Assembly (NCBI GenBank): GCA_964019425.1
Contig: OZ025788.1
Location: forward strand, 1,178,001-1,242,000
Direction: 5' to 3'
DNA: 64,000 nucleotides
From: Flectonema sp. DT1601
Taxonomy: Eukaryota
Shown: piece after piece, positions 61,118 through 64,000 of the stretch
How positions within the stretch are numbered: position 1 is the first letter of the stretch
How the letters are laid out: every line of letters starts with the position of its first letter
Position numbers and translations under genes: made by a program
Notes under the pieces: generated by a model
What the model was told of the DNA's origin: nothing
Database searches by the model: none
Seen by the model: the letters and a program-made list of their open reading frames with translations, nothing else

Positions 61118-64000
61118 ATGATTACATTATTTAGTAATAAGTTATTATGTTTCTGGGTGTTGATTGGAATTCTAGTGAAGACAGCTGAGAGTGTGACAGC
61201 AACGCAAACGTTTACGCAGACGATTAGTGAGAGCGCTCATTCGAGAACCGCAACCAATTCAGACAGTCGCACGAAGAGTATCACAGGCTCGTTATCCTTA
61301 CCAACTCTAACTGGGAGTTACTCTGGATCTTTCTCATTAAGTAAATCTGGTTCATCATCTGAAACAGTTTCTCTTTCAATCCCAACATGGTCATCTACTT
61401 ACACACAATCACTAACATTTCCGACTTCAACTGAGACGAGAAGTGTATCCGTTACTGTTTCAGGATCGAAATCACTGTTATCATCCTTAACCAAATCTGT
61501 GACTGTTTCATTGTCCTTACCAACTGAAACAATAACATTAACTCGTTCTGTATCATTACCAACTGGTACTGCAACAATAACTTCTTCATTGTCACTGCCC
61601 ACTGGTACTGTGACGGGTACTTTTTCGATGTCGTTACCAACACGTTCAGCTACGGGTACTTTTTCATTATCGTTGCCGACACGTACAGAGACATCAACAG
61701 CAACTATTTCACATACGACGTCTAAGACACATTCATTAACGGCGTCATTGTCATTACCGACTGCGACGAGGACAATTACACATTCACTTTCACTCAGTCA
61801 ATCATTTAGTCGTACTCTCTCAATAAGTAAAACCTTCACAGCTACGATGTCACAAACAATATCCTTGTCACTTCATGTTACAGTTCTTAATGTTACTGTT
61901 AGTCCTGTTGTTGTTGCTAATTCTGGTGAGAGGATAAAACTTCAATTTATTATCACCGCTCAGAACAATCGAGAATCTCAAGGAGGAGAAGTAATAAAAG
62001 TCCCATCTGCAATGATAGAATCTGATAATGGCATTTCTTGGGGAGAAACTGAATCTGGAACATTCTACAGCTGTCCAATTGAAAGCTCTGAAACATATTA
62101 TGTCTGTCGAGTTAATAATACTTGGACTTCTATTTCTCAGTCGATTTGGTTGGAAATCGTTCCTAAAGAGTCGACTGTTGGTGCTTGGAATCCCGTTGTC
62201 ATATTCGACGGAGTTTTAATAATAACAAACACAATAGTGACACCTGACGTTACTGTTTATGGACTCTTGTCGGGGATTCCTCAGGTGCATCCTTCAGATC
62301 TTTTGAAATCAGGTGAGACTGCTCAAGTTCACCTTAATCTTGCTTCAACAGGAATATCTTTAGAAGCAGGAACTATTAAAATGGAAGCTATAAAAATTCA
62401 AGATAGAAAACTTCTAATTTCCCCATCAGAAGATACTTCTATTGCAACAGTTTGTGACTATGATGGTATTGACTTCGTAGTTTGCAATAGCTCTGATATT
62501 GTGTTTAGTAACTCTTACGACACGCATCTGTGGCTTACTTTTATTCCAAACAATATGACTGTTGGTGAATTGAATGCCACCATTTATGTTATTAATACAA
62601 AGTTCATTGTGTACGAGACTACTCCTTATATTTATATTAAAGGTCAGTTTGCTCATATTGATGTTGGCGTCACTATACTACCTCCACCACCACAACCGGC
62701 TTATCAACCTTTGAAAGCTTTTTTTAGAATTTTTTTTTCTTCCGGTGATTTTCCAAATGTTTTTGAAATTTCCATTCCGGATTTTTATTCTCAAGGATTG
62801 GTAAGAGTAAATAGCCGACCAACAACTGAAGACTCGTTAGAATGCAACAGAAACGTTTCTTCTCTCACTGTTTGTCAATATGTAAATTCATACACAGATG
62901 AGATAAGTACAATAAATAGCCAGTTTGGATCATGGTGGAGAGATTTCTATGTCTTTTTTGAACCCGAACCAACTCTTCTTGGAAGTTATCAGGTACCATT
63001 TACATTCTCTGGTACTGGCTACGATGATTCAGTTGTTGAACCTTACATGTATGTTTTGGGAAAGTTTTCTCTTCTTGCTGCAAGTACAAAGCAATCGACT
63101 CCAAGTCTTCTTCTCGGATCCGATACTACGGAAGCAGTTGTTGGTTTCTATCTTCGAAGTTCAGCAATCCCAACTACGGATGAGGAAGTTATAATAACTT
63201 TATCAAATAATATCGTACCATCATTGTATATGTGGTCTCCTAATTCTACTTCAGATGATCGCTACACTTGTCAATCACAAACAACGTCCTGGTTATGTAA
63301 TGCCCATACGTTTATAAATACTAATTCACAATATCTAAGAGTTTATGTCAAAGTTTCTTCATCAGAGACGGTGACAGTCGGAAAGGCGTTTATTTCAATG
63401 CAAGTTAGAGCTTCACAGTTCCAACCTTCTACGACAACAGCCTCATTGATCATTCTCGGCGACCTTACCGTCACGGGCGAGGATCCCGAGATCGTCGGGG
63501 ACGCAGGGAGCGGGGCAGGTGCGACGATCCGACTCCACTACCGAGTTGTTGGGTCGGCGATTTCCATCGGCGGAGAGCAGGTGGTCGTCCCGATCACGAA
63601 CGCGGAGGACGCGGGACAGATCCGATGGGGAAAGACCAAGGACGTGCACGACGCGCAAGACTGCTACCGAAACTCGACGAACACGGTGGTGTGCGACCTC
63701 GACGGGGTAACCTTCGGTCCGAGGCACGAGGCCAACGTGTTCGTTTTCGTTGTCCCGGAGTACACGGACACGGAGACTGCCCGGTGGAAGGGAACCGTCA
63801 GCTTCCAGGCAGATTGGTTCCGCACCGCCGTTGACGTTCCGGTCGTGGAGGTGCAGGGCATCCTGAATGCTGAGGTGGTCGGTGCGGAGGCGGAGCCGAT
63901 CGTCGCCTTGCCGGACGAGTGGGTGATGCTCGCATACGTGCTGACGTCGACGGCGCCTTCCTCGGGCGGAGAGACCCTGGTGCTGTCGCCTTCGTCGGCA
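61118..64000 (+). CDS. Large secreted/surface protein (signal peptide, SLSLPT-rich stalk, repeated beta-rich domains with Cys pairs); runs off the window and is absent from the ORF track
   Basis: Manual translation from ATG 61118 (MITLFSNKLLCFWVLIGILVKTAES...) finds no stop codon up to 64000. Confidence 0.88.
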   Translation, partial: MITLFSNKLLCFWVLIGILVKTAESVTATQTFTQTISESAHSRTATNSDSRTKSITGSLSLPTLTGSYSGSFSLSKSGSSSETVSLSIPTWSSTYTQSLTFPTSTETRSVSVTVSGSKSLLSSLTKSVTVSLSLPTETITLTRSVSLPTGTATITSSLSLPTGTVTGTFSMSLPTRSATGTFSLSLPTRTETSTATISHTTSKTHSLTASLSLPTATRTITHSLSLSQSFSRTLSISKTFTATMSQTISLSLHVTVLNVTVSPVVVANSGERIKLQFIITAQNNRESQGGEVIKVPSAMIESDNGISWGETESGTFYSCPIESSETYYVCRVNNTWTSISQSIWLEIVPKESTVGAWNPVVIFDGVLIITNTIVTPDVTVYGLLSGIPQVHPSDLLKSGETAQVHLNLASTGISLEAGTIKMEAIKIQDRKLLISPSEDTSIATVCDYDGIDFVVCNSSDIVFSNSYDTHLWLTFIPNNMTVGELNATIYVINTKFIVYETTPYIYIKGQFAHIDVGVTILPPPPQPAYQPLKAFFRIFFSSGDFPNVFEISIPDFYSQGLVRVNSRPTTEDSLECNRNVSSLTVCQYVNSYTDEISTINSQFGSWWRDFYVFFEPEPTLLGSYQVPFTFSGTGYDDSVVEPYMYVLGKFSLLAASTKQSTPSLLLGSDTTEAVVGFYLRSSAIPTTDEEVIITLSNNIVPSLYMWSPNSTSDDRYTCQSQTTSWLCNAHTFINTNSQYLRVYVKVSSSETVTVGKAFISMQVRASQFQPSTTTASLIILGDLTVTGEDPEIVGDAGSGAGATIRLHYRVVGSAISIGGEQVVVPITNAEDAGQIRWGKTKDVHDAQDCYRNSTNTVVCDLDGVTFGPRHEANVFVFVVPEYTDTETARWKGTVSFQADWFRTAVDVPVVEVQGILNAEVVGAEAEPIVALPDEWVMLAYVLTSTAPSSGGETLVLSPSSA

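Noticed and set aside
63443..63861. Short ORFs on both strands in the GC-rich end
   Set aside because: By-products of high GC; the real frame is the long + ORF from 61118.

Overview
AT-rich eukaryotic nuclear DNA, most likely a euglenozoan and probably a diplonemid (inference). The supporting signs are a beta-tubulin with the NNTCIQEMF motif and C-terminal EQY, an alkyl-DHAP synthase with a PTS1, about 20 genes all on the + strand with pyrimidine-tract/AG sites just before many ATGs, and a few GT-AG cis-introns. Recognisable genes: AGPS, a SPAK/OSR1-like kinase fused to a WNK-like pseudokinase, a METTL21-like methyltransferase, beta-tubulin, a C2-domain protein, a divergent mitochondrial IF2, a choice-of-anchor-B-like protein, an FCP1/NIF phosphatase, an R-S-E ADP-ribosyltransferase, an EGF+GH43-like protein, two DUF3395-like paralogues, a three-exon SAP18, a secreted protein with 18 Cys-rich repeats, and a large secreted ORF missed by the ORF track (61118 to the window end). 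The most striking structure is the 4079-bp beta-tubulin intron. It holds a decayed RLE-type retrotransposon whose zinc-knuckle codons are split by 108 in-phase copies of a 32-bp unit, and that unit can be traced to three nearby pieces of the element. The 10-15 kb intergenic region contains a pogo relic, two TIR/MITE elements, a poly-C minisatellite and one copy of a 5'-truncated dispersed repeat linked to C-tracts. All family calls come from motif recognition by eye; no database searches were run.
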